A stretch of DNA of 64,000 nt, taken from Camelus dromedarius. Lineage: Eukaryota. Every line of letters begins with the position of its first letter. Within the stretch, counting starts at the first letter, position 1. The position numbers and the translations under genes were made by a program. The notes under the pieces were generated by a model. The model searched no databases. It was not told where the DNA came from and worked only from the letters and a program-made list of their open reading frames with translations. Location: contig NC_087436.1 of the NCBI RefSeq assembly GCF_036321535.1, positions 118,174,001 through 118,238,000 of the forward strand, read 5' to 3'. Positions 12,450 to 26,089 of this stretch are shown here, piece after piece.

Positions 12450-13040
12450 CAGTCATTCATTCATTCATCCACTCAACAGTTGTGGCCTCAGCATCAAATG
12501 TATGCCAGGGATTGTGCCAGCACCAAGGGGCGCAGATAAGCACATGCCAGCATCTCTGATCTCAAGAGTTCAGAGCCTATAGGGGAATATGGATGCGTAG
12601 ATCAGTACAAAGCAGTAAACTGAGTGCTATGATAGAGAATGAAAAAGATACTGTGGATCATAGGGAAGGAACTGCTTAGTGCTTTTGGAGAGATTTCGGT
12701 GTAGATGATGTTTATCCTAAATCTTGAAGATGAGCGGTAGGGATTAATCAGAGGAGGCATTTGGGGATGGGGGTGCATGCCAAGCTGCAGGAGCAGCAGG
12801 TGGCAGACCCAGCATGACAGCACAGCGAAGGGCGGGTGCTACTGGAGCTGAGCGCCGATACAGGGAGATAGAGGCAGCGGTGAGAGAGGCGAGCAGGGGC
12901 AGCTGTCTGGATTTTATTCTGGGCAGCCAGTGAAAGGTTTTAACTAGCAAGGAGAGATCACATTTTCTTTTAGAAGGATTTCTCTGCTACTGGGTGAACA
13001 ACGGATTGGAGTGGGTTGGGGTTAAGAAGCAGGGTTACCA
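12450..13040 (-). mobile_element. L2 LINE fragments
   Basis: (cattcatt)n L2 terminus plus an L2-like body (ggattttattctgggcagccagtgaaaggttttaa...). Confidence 0.65.
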
Positions 13041-13599
13041 GGGGACGGATGGATGTCAAGTGACCGACAGAATTGGGGGCAGGAGGGCAGTTATCACATC
13101 TTTCCAGATGATGTGTCCTTTACCCGGCAGTACTGGGCTTGTAGCCTGGGGGTGGGGGGATGGTTATGGGTAACAGGATCCAGCCCCCGTGGGGAGGTGT
13201 GGCCAGAGTGAAGTACCAGGCTCTGCGTCCCGCTAAGCGTGCTGAAGGTGGGCGGTCTGGAGAGTGAGGCTGATGTGGGGGCACTCCAGATGGAGGTGCT
13301 GCGCATGTGCAGGGCTTCCTGTCCGCTCAGGCGCCAGGCAGGGCTGAGCCTGCGGGCGGCGCCCATTCTCAGATGTCCAGAGGGGGTGAGGCAGGTGCTG
13401 TAAAAAGACTCAAAAGTAAGATAAGCAGATGAGTGTTAACTGTCACGTTAAATATTCTTTTGACTATATTAAATAAAAAGCAGATTTTACTCTTTTTCTG
13501 ACTGATGTTGAAAGTCTCTTTTTTTTCCTCCAACTTCATCCCCCAACTGCACATCTGGTCCCAGCAATATGAACAGCGTGGTCTGTTACAGATGCACCG

Positions 13600-13940
13600 T
13601 TCTCCATCACACCTCCATACTTTTATCTCAGCTGTTCCCTGCGCCTGGACACCCCATCTCCGCAAGGTCACCTCCTGCCCAGTCTTCACTTCCTCGTGGA
13701 GCGCCTGCCCTGACACCCCGGCCGTCCCAGATGCTTCAGTTGTGCTCCCCTCTTGATGGGTGCTTCTCTCCATCACAGCACTTAGCAGATGCAAAGGAAA
13801 TTGTTTGTCTACTTCTCTCTAACCCCCTGGACTCGAAGTGCACTGGAGCCAGGGACCGGGACTTACTTTTGTGACTGAAGCGGTGATTTGAGCCTAGGTT
13901 CTCAGTAAATGTTTTTGAATATGTGGGTGAATCAGGAAGT
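13600..13940 (+). mobile_element. L2 3' end
   Basis: Ends ...taggttctcagtaaatgtttttgaatatgtgggtgaat, preceded by typical L2 3' motifs. Confidence 0.6.
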
Positions 13941-14599
13941 GAGGAAGTAAGGTTATAAATGAATAAATAACTAAACGCAGTGATGGCATTCTGCTAATCA
14001 GGAGCATCTTTCGTCTCAGATTAAGAAAGAATCTTCTCGCAGGCACCTCAGCCCAGGGCAGGAGTGGTTTCCCTGGGCTGGGAGTGAGTCTGTGTCTAGA
14101 GGGTATAACTCTGGGCTGGATGACTTTCTGCCAGTGAATTTCTGCCTTGAGTGGGAGGCTGGTTAACAAGACTGTCAACTTCCATTTTAATTGTAAATTC
14201 TCTTACGCTATTTATTTGCAGAATGAGTCAAGTCTGAAACTGGGTTGTAATTTGTGGGAATGACACTCTATTGAGGTGTACAAATAATGAGATCAAGAGA
14301 AGCGAGTTTGTAACTATATCCATCAAGAAAGAGAGAAAAGTGAAGTGGAGACATTTTGCTGAGCTATTATATAACATTTCTTGGACCCAATAATCAAATG
14401 AATTCCTGCCTTGTAATTTTATCTCTAGTAAGTAAGCAGTCCGTCTTTTTAATACTTATCATACATTTTAACATATTAACCTTGTTAAAAGATAAATTGC
14501 AGAAAATTTCATGGATTATTCTTGATCGTTGGGTTGAGAGAAGTCTCTCGTGACCTTCCATACCCCACCAGAAAGAGGATGTCCTTGACTTTTTTTGGT

Positions 14600-16310
14600 A
14601 TGTTTATAGTTGCCATATATAGTTGCCCATTGCTTTTTTTTTTTTATTAACACATGGAGTTCTTTATATAACCTGGATATTAATATTTTATCAGTCAGAT
14701 ACATTGGAAATAAATTTTTCAAGTCTGTGGCATATCTTTTTACTTTTTAACAATGAGTTTTGACACAGAGAAGTTTTAGTTTTAAAATAGATTTCTCAGT
14801 CTTCTCATTTGTAGTTGTAATTTTTTGCATCTTTCTTCACTGATGCCACCTCTGTCATTTGTCATGTTTCCATTGGGTCTGTTTCTAAGCTCTCCAGTCT
14901 GTTTCTCTGGTCTCATCTCTTTGTTTAGCCCTCTACCAATATAGTATGTCTTTAATTATAACTTTATAGTAAGTTTTAGGTTCTGGTTGGTAAGTCTGCA
15001 TCCTGTTCATCTTCAAAATTTATCTTAGATATCTTTACTCTTTGTTCGTACATACAGGCTTTGCGTAAGTTGTCAAGGTCTATTAAAACTATTGCGCTCT
15101 GACGGGAAACACATTGAATTTATAGATTAATTTTAGGAGAGCTGACATTTTTATGGTATTGAATCTGGGAACATGGTGCTTCTCTCTGCCTATTTAGGTC
15201 TTGTGTAATGCCTGTCATCGAAGCGCTGTAATTTTGTCCATGAACAATTGTACATCAGTTGTGGAATTTATTCCAAGGTAACTTATTTTGTATCTTTTAA
15301 AAATCATGCATTCTAATTGTTCATTGCTGGTGATAAATGCAGTGCACTCTGCTTATGGATCTTATATGCAGAGATATTCTTGTAGTTTGTATTGGATTCT
15401 CTTGGATTCTTCTAGTTAAGCAGTCATATCATCTGCAAGTAAGGATGGTTCGTCTCGTCTTTAACAGTCTTTATAGTTTTCATTTTTCTTTCTCATGTCA
15501 CTGCCTTGGCTGGGGTCTTCGGTACAATGTCTTCATCCTAATCCTAAAGGGAATGTTTTTAATATGTTTGCTGTAGGTTTTCAGACAATGTTGTTTGTTG
15601 GGTGACTTCCTAGTGTATAGTTTGTTATTGTTATGAATGAATGTGGAATCTTACAAATTTTTTCCTACATCTATTAAAACTATACAATTACGAATATAAC
15701 AAAAAAGAAGCAGACTCAGAGATATAGAGAACAAACTAGTGGTTACCAGTGGGGAGAGGGAAGCGGGGAGGGGCAATGTAGGGGTAGGGGCATTAGAGGC
15801 ACAAACTATTAGGTATAAAATAAGCTCCAAGAGTATATTGTACAGCATGGGGAGTATAGCCAATGGTTTATCGTGCTTATAAATAGAGTATAACCTTTAA
15901 AAATTGTGACTCATGCTATGGTACACCTGTAACATATAATATATACAGCAACTATACTTCAATTTAAAAGAATAAAACAAAAGAAATATGGTATGAAAAA
16001 AAACCTATATCATAGTTATTTCTTTTTTGTTCCACTACTGTAGTGTATTACATGGATGGATTTTTCTTAATATTAGACAATCTTTGCATACCTAGGAAAG
16101 CCGCAACTTGTTCCTGATGTGTTATTTTTCTATACACTGCTATTTTTGATGTCTGTTTCAGGAGCTTTGTGTTAACTGTAAATAAGCCTGCACTTATCTG
16201 GGCTTTGGTATCAGGATCACACCAGTCTCATGAAAAGATTTGAGGGTTGGTCGCTCATATTTCACTATTTCCTTCTACAAAAACTTACGTAAATTGCAAT
16301 TCTAATTTTC
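14600..16310 (-). mobile_element. Old L1 ORF2-derived fragments, interrupted by a younger L1 3' end
   Basis: T-rich degenerate antisense ORF2 (attgaatttatagattaattttaggagagctgacatttttatggtattgaatc; cagtcatatcatctgcaa). Confidence 0.75.
15688..15995 (+). mobile_element. L1 3'UTR, 5'-truncated
   Basis: aacaaaaaagaagcagactcagagatatagagaacaaactagtggttaccagtggggagaggg...caactatacttcaattt followed by an A-rich tail. Confidence 0.85.
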
Positions 16311-16699
16311 TTTATCATTCATCCCTTCAAAAGATGTTTTTCCTTTCTTCTGACAGGCACCAGGGTGTTCAAACGACTTGGGGCAACTCTAAGTTGACTG
16401 TTGAGGATGGGGTTCTGAGATCATGCTGGTGGGATGAAACTGCAGGAGGGCAGGTGTGTGGTTAGAAGTCCTTTTTTCCCTCCTCTAGAGCCCTGGCCAA
16501 GGAGGGATTTTCCTCTGTGCCCCCTTTCCCTGCTTCGGGCGACTGAAGCACATGCCCCAGCAGAGGCGCCCAGGGCAGGCTCTCTTGTTTTCCGCCCTCT
16601 GTGTTGTTGGCAGCCTCAGACGGGACTGGGTTTATTTTCCCTAGCGTTTCCAGGGAAGTGTCGCGGGGGTGCTCGGGACATGCAACCTGCCTTATCACT

Positions 16700-16850
16700 G
16701 AAAAGGCAGGTCCCAGTGAGCCCATGTTACGGGTGAGAAAATGAGCCCGAAGATGACACGAAGAGCCTTGTTCAGTGTCACACAGCCAGTGAGTCGGGGC
16801 GGGAGGCCGGAATTCAGACTCACGCAGTTGAGTCTCCAAAATCCCAGCCC
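16700..16850 (-). mobile_element. MIR SINE
   Basis: ...ttacgggtgagaaaatgagcccg...cttgttcagtgtcacacagccagtgag... Confidence 0.65.
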
Positions 16851-17629
16851 TCGCTAATGGGTGCTGGTCTCCACGTTGAGGAGCTCAAAGGTGCAGATAC
16901 CCCAAGCTTTCAGCCTCAGGCTCGTCAGTAGGGCAGCTGCGATGCTTTTCTGGAGCTCACAGGTTACAAAGAAAGGGACCTGGAGACAGTGTAGCCTCGT
17001 GTATCTTACGGAAATCTTCCTTACTTTGCTAAGTAAGACAGAGACCCTTGCCGTGTTTTTCTTTTTGCTTTCCAAACATAGGACCACTACTGCAGAACTG
17101 TGTTGGTCAGCTTCGTTTAGCTCACAGCTGAATTAGTCATGGGAGAGACACAGCCTTTCACGTAATGAGAGTTACCACTGGAATACTCTTCAATGGCTTC
17201 ATTTAGAGGCTTTCCTAAATACGAATATAAAAATACCGTGTCTTTTCATACCAGTATTTTGTAGTGTAAAACCACTACTGCTGCCACGCCTCCCCCTGCT
17301 GCTGCTGTGGGCAAGACGCTTACTGAATTTGTGGTTTACAGAAGGCTTCTACCTTCATTAGAATTCTGGACATTGGGTAGTGGCACCTAAACATAGCAGA
17401 TGTGCAGAAGGGGTCCCAGAGGGGTTGATTAACTTTATTAAGGTCACACAGCTAATAAGAGTCAAAGCTGAGACTCAAAAAAGTTTGTTGAGTACATGGA
17501 TTAATGAATGAATTGTAAGTGACCTGGTGTTATTCTCCTTCCCTCTTTCTTTTCCTTCCTGCCTTCCTTTCTTTCTTTAATAAGCAACTTCAGAGCACCT
17601 ATGTGAGCCAGGCACTGTGTCTAGATTTT

Positions 17630-18730
17630 TGATTGTTTAATTGTGATAAGAAAAAAACCCCCCACATAACATGAAACTTACCATCTCAGTCATATTTAAG
17701 TGTAAAGTCCAGTACTGTCCACTGTATTCACAATGGTGTGCAGCCAGCCTCCAGGACTCTTTTCCTCTGGTGAAACTGGACACTGGGAATGAAACTCTGT
17801 CCCCATTAAACACTAAGTCCCTCTTTCCTTCTGCCCCCAGCCCTTGGCAACCACCATGCTGCTTTCTGTCTCTATGAATCTGACTGCTCCAGGGAGCTCA
17901 TATGAGTGGACTCAAAGCAGCTGTATTTTTGTGACTCGCTTATTTCACTGAGCATAATGTCCTTAAGGTTCATTCGTGTTGTAACATGTGTCAAAATTTC
18001 CTTCGTGTTAAAGGCTGAATCATATTTGGTTGCATATATAGATTACATTTCATTTATCCATCGGTCCCTTGACGGACACTTGGGTTGTCTCTACCTTTGG
18101 CTATTGTGACTAAGGCTGCTGGGCACATGGATGTGCAAACATCCCTTCAAGACCCTGATGTCCATTCTTTTGGACATATAGTCAGCCTTTTGCATCCACA
18201 GGGTCCAGGGCCTTGGATTCAACAAAACACAGATCAAGAATATGTGAAAAACAATTCCACAAAGTACCAAAAAGCAAACCTGAATTGGCCGGGCACCAGG
18301 AACTATTTACATAGCATTTACATTGTATTTACAATTATTTACGTAGAATTTACATTGTATTAGGTATTAGAGGTAATTCAGAGGTGGTTTAAGGTAGGCA
18401 GGAGGATTTGTGTAGGTTAAATGCAAATACTGTGATGTTTTATTTATGGGACTTGAGCATCCGTGGGTTTTGGTATCTGGGAGGGGAGTCTGGAACCATT
18501 ACCAGCCCCCCACGGATACCAGCTGTTTACTCAGGACTGGAACTGCCGGGTCATGGGTGTTTCTGTTCCTAATGCTTTGCGGCACCACCGCGCTGCTTTC
18601 TGCGGCAGCCGCGCCGTTTCACTTTCCCACCGACAGCGCGCAGGGTTCTGGTTTCTCCGCTTCCTCACCAGCACTGTATTTTGTTGTTTTTCCTTTTGAT
18701 CAGAGCCATCCTCATGGGTGTGAGGTTTTC
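17630..18730 (-). mobile_element. L1MB-like 3' end, split by a MER2-like insertion
   Basis: acataacatgaaacttaccatctcagtcatatttaagtgtaaagtccag...; L1 sequence resumes after 18525. Confidence 0.8.
18179..18525 (+). mobile_element. MER2-like TcMar-Tigger non-autonomous DNA transposon
   Basis: Reads ...ggattcaacaaaacacagatc...actatttacatagcatttacattgtatt...gggacttgagcatccgtgggttttggtatc...cccccacggatacc. It is inserted at a TA in the L1. Confidence 0.85.
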
Positions 18731-19406
18731 ATTTACATTTATCCCTCACCTTTTGTACACATTGTCTTTAAACCCTCTGACACTTCTGCTCATTGGGTAT
18801 TGCCTTTCACGTGTTATATTTGAAGAAACAGGAGAGGAAAGTTTAAGGGACTTGCTTGAGGACACACAGGTATTAAGTGAGAGAAACAGCATTTGAAACC
18901 AGGTCTATCTCCCCCCTGTGCCCTCTCCTTTCCCTATTAAAATATTAAAAATAACAGCTGGTGTGCATCACTTTGGAAATAACCCTTATGTGGGCTGTTT
19001 CACACACACTGACCTCACTTACTTCTCTTTAAAATCTTCTCGGGGTATAAACGTCATTATTATTATTATAATCATTATTATTATCCTTTTTTCCATATAA
19101 GGGAACAGAGGCTCAGAGAGCAGAAGTGATTTCTATGAAACCCCGCAATTATTGAGCACCTACTGTGTGCCAGGCCCTGGGGCTGCAGAGGGAGACCGGC
19201 TACAGACCACAGGGTATGGTGACTTGATCAAACCTTTGTGATGTCTCAGACTCCTTGGGAAATAAAAAGTTAATCAAATCGCTCCTAGACTTGGAAGCAG
19301 CTCTATGCGGGTGACGTGCGGAGCTTCACCGTGGTTTAGTGAGCATGGGGGTACTGCCCATCTGTCAGAGCATCCTCTCTCACAAGAGGCCCTGAGGGCT
19401 CTTCAG

Positions 19407-19448
19407 GATCCACGGTCCATGGTCCACGGTCCATGGTCCACGATCCAC
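19407..19448. repeat. 7-bp tandem repeat (GRTCCAY)6
   Basis: gatccac ggtccat ggtccac ggtccat ggtccac gatccac, read directly. Confidence 0.9.
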
Positions 19449-19679
19449 CTGGCATCAGCTCTGCAGGCAAAGCAAGCCCCGGGCTGGGAAGATAGAATTC
19501 TCTCAGATCACCAGGACAGGGCTCACCCCTTTCTGCCTAGACAACTAGATTGCTTCTCAAAACACTGCTGAAAAACTTCCAAAGTCAAATTTTATCCAGA
19601 ATGTCAAATTACAGGGGAGGATTTTCCAAGGACTCAAAATCTATACACTTTGGCAGTTCAGCCGGCAGAGCTCCTGCGT

Positions 19680-20150
19680 GTGTCACCGTTAACTTTTGCT
19701 GCAGAACAGACCCCTCCTGACTGTACAGCTTAAAACAGTTACCGTTTACTTAGCTCATGATTCTTGGGGTGGGTCAGAATTTGGGGCTGAGCCAACTGAG
19801 CTGTCTCTCTGCTGGTTTCCACTGGGCTCTCATGTGTTTGCCATCAGCCACCCATCAGCCAAGTGGCTCTGGTTCCTGGGGTTGGCTGGCTGTCGGCTGG
19901 GAGACTGACCCCTGTGTCTCCCATCATCCACCGCAGGTTCAGCCTCCCTCCCGGGGCGGTGCCAGGTTCTCAGAGCAGCAGGAGGGTAAGCCCCGGAGCG
20001 CAGGCGTGCTGCACGTCGCACATCCTCGTGTTCACTGGTGTCACCTTGGCCAGTGTGAGTCACAGGGCTGGGAGTCCTTGTAGGGGCCTTCCTCAGGGCG
20101 TAGGGAGAAGGAAGTGTAAACAAAAGGGACTGTTACTGAATCTGTCTGTT
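19680..20150 (-). mobile_element. Old MaLR LTR (MLT1 family)
   Basis: cagcttaaaacagttaccgtttacttagctcatgattct...tttggggctgagccaactg, antisense MLT1-like. Confidence 0.65.
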
Positions 20151-20814
20151 TCAAAGTGTCTTTTTGCCCGTGGCATGAAGGAACCGCACAGGACTTACGG
20201 CCATGTAAACATTTGCTTGGTCCCAGCTCTGCTGCTCACGCAACAGGTGGCCCTTGTCACTTCTCTGTTAACCTCTCTAAGCATCACTTGTCTCCTCTGA
20301 AGACGGTGATGGGCATCACAGACATCCTCCTGATGGAATGAACCCGATCAGCCAGCATATATGAAAACACCTGGTCTGCGGCCAGGAATCTTGTTTCCTT
20401 TTTCTTCTCTTCCTTCTAGCGTTGGTTTAGAAACATCTGTGTCAATTGTCTTTTACCCTTTCCTCGTCTTTTCCACGTTTATACATCACCAGAAGCTCCG
20501 TAACACCTACTGGAACAATTAGACTCTTCACTCTGGCTACAAAATTTGGCCTTAACATCCCTTTGCAGTGCTGCCTCCTGGAAAGCCCCCAGTGCCTCCG
20601 GCTCCAGGAACACAGGGTTCATCCACTTGCCTTGTGGCTTCCTGGGTAGACTTACGTTGTTCTTCTCTGCCTAGAGGGAGCACCCCTCCACCTCTGCCTG
20701 AAGAAAGCCTACATTAAACCCACGCCTGGTGCTCCAACTGGACATGTTGTTGAGATTGAGTGTTGGGGCAAGGGTGGTGGCGTATTCATCCAGAATCCCC
20801 AGAACCTGGCACAT

Positions 20815-21500
20815 CCCTGTAATTTATTTCACAGCTATAGGATCACTCAGGTTTTCTGTTTCTACATGTGCTAGATGTAGTAAGCCAGGCCTGTCTAGAG
20901 TTTTTAACTTCATCTAAATTTTCAAATTTGTTGTCATAAATCAGTGTACCGTACCTCTTATAGCCGGGTTGTCTCTAGGATCTGTAATGATGCCTCTCTG
21001 CTCCTGACTTTGTGTCTTTCCTTATTTTCTTCATCAACGTTACCGGGGTTTATTAACTTTATTAGAGGTTTCCAAGAAGTAACTTTTGCTTTACTGGTTT
21101 TCCATATTGTACACTTGTTTCTGTTTCATTGATTATGCACTTTTTAAAAATCACTTCCTAGTTTGCAATTTAAAATTTTTTTCTAATTTCTTTAGATGTA
21201 TACATGCATCATTAATTTCCAGCATTATTTTTTCTTTCTCACAATGCACTTAAAGCTACAATTTTCTTCAAAGCTACAATTTTCTTCAAAGCATGGCTTT
21301 ATCTGAATCACACAAACTTTAATACAGCATATTTTCATTATCATCCAGTTCTAATTACTTTCCAATTTCCATGGTAATTTTTGCTTTGACTCATTAGTTT
21401 TTGAGAAGTGTATTTTTAAATTTCCGAACATCTGGGGATTTTCTAGTTAACATTTTGTGATTAAGATCTAGCTTAATTTAACTGTAACCAAAATGTAATC
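20815..21500 (-). mobile_element. Old L1 ORF2 fragment with an 18-bp tandem duplication
   Basis: T-rich antisense ORF2-like sequence. The unit aaagctacaattttcttc occurs twice (21252-21287). Confidence 0.7.
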
Positions 21501-22129
21501 CTCAGTTAGGTCTTACCTTCGAACTTCATGTGTGTCATGTTCTTTGATGCAGTTTGTGAAATTTTGCTCATTTTTTAGAAGATTACAAAAAACAAAGGTA
21601 AACGCTTATCAGATGACGTGGATGTGATGGTCTTGGTTTTTCTTTTGAGTTATCCTCAAGCATCAATAAACATTCCATATAGAAAATTCCTAGTTTATTA
21701 CCAGTTGCCATCATTCACTTAAAAAGTATTTACTGAGAATCTTCTGCACAGTCGGCACTTAGCTAAATGTTGGCGATTCCACAGTGAGTAAACTCAGACA
21801 CCACTCCGGGTTTCACAGCCCAGTGGGGCAGACTGACATTAATCAAATACTCAGTGCAACAGCGTGTTATTTTAAACTGAGATAAGTGCCCTGAGGAAAA
21901 TGAAGGCAAGTTCTCTGAGATCGCATACCTAAGGGATCTTGCCTGTTCAGGATTAGAGCGGGGCACGTCTGTTACCCACATATCAAGTTGTCGGTGTATG
22001 TAGAAAGCTAATGGGGTTTGGTGTCTAAAGGTCGAGATGAATGTCTTGCATCAGCAAAGTCCTTGTGTTATTTTGACACCATCACAGTCATCTGACTTTC
22101 TCCTTCCCTTAATTAATAACTGACCTCAT

Positions 22130-22720
22130 AAGATTTTTTTAAATTTATTTTTAAATTGAAGTGTAACATACATATAGAAAAGTGCATAAATCTTAACTGT
22201 ACAGGTAAACAGATTTTTATATGTGTATATACCTTAGGGACAGCCACCCAAATCAAGATATGGGACATTGTCAGTGCCCTGGAAGACTCTCTCATGCTCC
22301 TTCCTTCCTGGTCAGTGCCCCACTAAGAGGTTACTGCTCTTCCAGTCTCTGTCCCTAGAAGACTGTGTGGTCTCTTTTTACTTTATATGAACGGAATAAT
22401 GGAATAAATACTCTTATGTTTGGCTTCTTTTATTTAACAGGGCCTTTGACATTCTTCTGTTGTATCTCAGAAGTTGCTGTGCTGTGTACACTCAGAAGTG
22501 TACCACTGCTGTGTACCATTCTGCTATTTGAATATACTGTAGTTTGCTTAATCATTCTGCTGCTGATGGACAGTGGGGTTGCTTATAATTTGGGGCCATT
22601 ATTAACAAGGCTGCTAGGAATACTCCTGTCTGTGGTGAACATATGCTCTCACGTGTCCGGGCAGTTTGCCCCTCGTGGGGCACTGAAGTATAACATACAG
22701 GGAACATAAAGTGTGCAAGG
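22130..22720 (-). mobile_element. L1MC/MD-like 3' end
   Basis: attgaagtgtaacatacatatagaaaagtgcataaatcttaactgtacag...cagccacccaaatcaagata. Confidence 0.8.
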
Positions 22721-23585
22721 ATGTCGCAAATCCCGGGCTGTGCTGCCTGTAAGTGGCTGCTTTGGTTGGTGGTTACCCTGAGATTAGAAGGAAATCGTGG
22801 GCTCTGAGCTCTAGAGTTGAGCTCATCGGGTCTTCCCATCTGCTACAGACGCAGACACTGAACCCAGAGGCAGGACGTGCTATTCCTGGGACCACACTTG
22901 GAACTTACAAACTGCATGTCTTTTAAGCCAGAGGCTCTCTTTCAGAGCGCGTGTGGAGTTTAATGGACGGAACGCTTTGTTGCAGGCAGGGTGTCCCAGG
23001 CTGCACTCCCAGGAGGAGGACCTAGGGTTTTCTGCGGGCCAGAGCACAGAGCCGGGAGGGGACGGCACCTGAAAGAGCAGGCTCAAGGCCAGCCTCCGTC
23101 AGAGGCCCTCCCTCCCCAGGCCGAGCCGCCCCAGCCCTTTGCTGCTTCCCCGTGAAGTGGCACAGCTGCGTCCTTCGGCACAGACTTCGAGCACCACTGT
23201 TCTCTGAACGCTAGCCAAGTGTATGTTTACGCCGCTCTCTCCGTCTGTCTGAGCCTCCTTTCACTACTTTTCTAACTTTGAGGTCCAGGGCAGACATCCT
23301 GTCCCCTGAGTGACTGGCTCTCTCGTTGGGTTCCAGCAGCCTTGCGTGAGCTGAGCTCGGCTTGGGCACACAGCGGATGGGCTCCTCTGAGATAAGCCCC
23401 ACCTTGTCATTCAGAATGCGCTGTGCAGTCTTGTGTTTGCTGTCTCCTTTCTTGGTGAGGTGCTGAGCTCCTTGAAGGTGGGGGTTGTGCCTGCCTCGAA
23501 CCCAGGATTCTCGGCATCTTGCTTGGGGTCTCACACAGGGGAGGATGGAGCTGCCTCTATGAAAGATGCAAAGGAGGCACTCCAG

Positions 23586-23710
23586 GAATGAGTGAATGAA
23601 TGAATGAGTGAGTGAGTGAATGAGGAAATGAATGAGTGACTGAATGAATGAATGGGTGAGTGAATGAATGAATGGGTGGGTGAATGAAGGAATGGGTGAG
23701 TGAATGAATG
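23586..23710. repeat. (GAAT/GAGT/GGGT)n tetranucleotide repeat, probably an expanded L2 tail
   Basis: Read directly, and it follows L2-like 3' sequence. Confidence 0.85.
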
Positions 23711-24189
23711 CAGACTTCTGCCCGGAACCCTTCAGCTCCTCTTCACTTCACCTTAATGGCTCTCCTCTGACCACCACCATCTTTCCCCTCAGTGATCTCC
23801 TTCTCCCATCCTTGGCCCCCTGCGGTCTCTTCTCAACACAGCAGCCAGGGGGACACTTTGAATGCTTACTCTGTTACTCTCTGCTCAGAATCTTTCAGTG
23901 GCTCCCATCTCATTTTAACACTACAGTAGGAAAGGGTGTGGGTCGTGGGGTGAGATTTCCTGAGTCCAGATCCCAGGTCCTCTGTATTGACTGTGTGACT
24001 CTGCTCAGTCGCTTCACATCTCTGTGCCCACTGCTGGGCTCGTGGAGAACACTGGGTGAGTCGGTTCATAAGGAGCATTGAGAGCAGTGGCAGAGCAGAG
24101 TCAGTACTTAATAAAGTCAGTATTAGTGTTGTGATGGTCAAGTCAGGGAACAGAAACAAAAATGAAGATGTTATTGAGAAGTGACTCAG

Positions 24190-24420
24190 CCTTGGGGTTA
24201 AAAGTGCAGACCGTGCAGTGCTGGGCTCATGTCCCAGTCTGCCGCTCGCCAGCTGTGTGACCTTGGGCAGGTTATGGACCCTTTCTCAGCCTCAGTTTCC
24301 TCATAGTGCGTTGGGAGAATCATTGTAGCTTGTAGGTTTTGAGAGAATCACCTGGTTGAATGTATTAATGTAATTTGAAGTGCCCAGCACACACTTAGGT
24401 CTCAGTAAATGTTGCTGGCA
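24190..24420 (+). mobile_element. MIR SINE
   Basis: cagctgtgtgaccttgggcaggttatggaccctttctcagcctcagtttcctcat...gtgcccagcacacacttaggtctcagtaaatgttg. Confidence 0.85.
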
Positions 24421-25054
24421 TGTGTTTATTTTATTAGCTTCCATACCCCAACAGGGCTACAGGACCCGCACCCTACCTCCCCGTGTCAGACTTCCCATGT
24501 GTAAGCTGAGCTCTGGGCCCTCTCCTGAAACAGCTCCTCTCAAAGGACAACAATGCTATTAACAACACCCTTACCAATGTCTGCTAGTGCCCAGTCCTGG
24601 GCATGGTGGGATTTCCATACATTAAACAGAAATTTGCTAAGCTCCTGCCATGTACCAGATCCTGGCTGAGCCCTGATATGGCCTGAAGGGGCACTGAGAG
24701 GCCCCAGATGTGGCCTGAAGGAGCACAGCTGGTAGGGAGCAGAGACCAAACAGGCGATTAGAATACAGTGCAACCTGCACGTACAGAGACTGACAGGCCT
24801 CTCAGGGCCCAGAGGACCCACACCCGAATTCTGCCCCCAGACAATCAGGAGAGGCTTCCTGGAGGAGGTGCCGTTCACTCTGCACCTGCTGAAGGAGTAG
24901 GAGCTCTCTAGGCTGCCAAGTTCAAAAGGACCTTCTAGAAAGGGAGAGAAGTGAGAGTAGGAACAGGGAGCTGGGTCAGTGGATGACCTAGAGGGAGGAA
25001 GGACATCTGGCATATGTGAGACATGTGAGAGAGGTGGGGGCCCGATCTAGAGAG

Positions 25055-25500
25055 GTTGCCTGGGTTGCAGGTTGGTTTCTTGGGAAGCAGGAAGTGGGAA
25101 TTAGCAAGCTGGGGGTGTGGTGAGTAGGGAGCGCCTCATTAGGGAGTGCCCTGGGAACCAGCACCTGGAGAAGGGAGCAGAAGGGAGGAGGCAGTGCTGG
25201 TCCTGGTGGAGTCTCAGGGAAGCCTCAGATGGCCCCGGGGGCATTTTGAAGCTGGCCAGCTCTTCAGAGTTATCCTGAGTTGAGGTGACAGGGCCAGGAG
25301 TTTCGACCCCCAGGTTGGCCAGGCAGTGGCTGTGGGCTGCCCAGGAAGAGGCGGGTGACCTTGGCCAAGGCAGCTCTCTTAAGCTGAGGTAATTTTATAA
25401 GCAGCTGATGTCTGAGGGCTGTCCACCCTCAGCTCTGCCGGCCGCTGAAGAGTGAGCCTGCAGTCTTGCTCAGGGGTCTAGGTGACGGGCCACAGCTTCC
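25055..25500. mobile_element. Probable old ERVL-type LTR (LTR16/33-like)
   Basis: Resembles a recalled LTR16-like start (ggttggtttcttgggaagcag...). Highly diverged. Confidence 0.4.
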
Positions 25501-26089
25501 GTCACTGTAGCCTGACCCTTTACATGAAGACTCTGTGTGTCTTTTTATGAGGCTTGGAACTTACTTGTCCTGCGGGCTTCAAAGAGCCATCCGCAATCTG
25601 TGAACATGGACAAGACGTGCAGTCAGATTTGCGTGTGTGCGGAGCAGCTGGAGGAGAGAGGTTGGAGGCAGACAGATCCGTTAGGGGAGCCATTGCTTCA
25701 GTCCAGGTAAGCAGTGATGAGGCCTGTGGCAAAGATCGCAGTGGGGACAGAGGAGATTTTCTGGTAAACGAGAGTAATAACAGTCATCACGGACACAGCC
25801 CCTGCCGCGCACCAGGCTCCTTAACCCGTCGTCGTCAGCTTTCACAGCAGTTCGTGCAAAGCAGGCATGTTTACACAGGATAAAACTGGGGATCAGAGAG
25901 GTTAAGAAACTTGCCTGAAATCACACAGTGGTAAAGAAAAGAACCAGGAATGAAACCCAATTTTATCCAACTTAAAATTCTGCACCTAGAACAGCCTCCA
26001 AAACATAGTGGATGCTCGGAACAGGAGTCATCAGAATTGTTCTTGTCATGGCTACCACCGTCATTATCTGGATAAGACGAAGACCTGGG

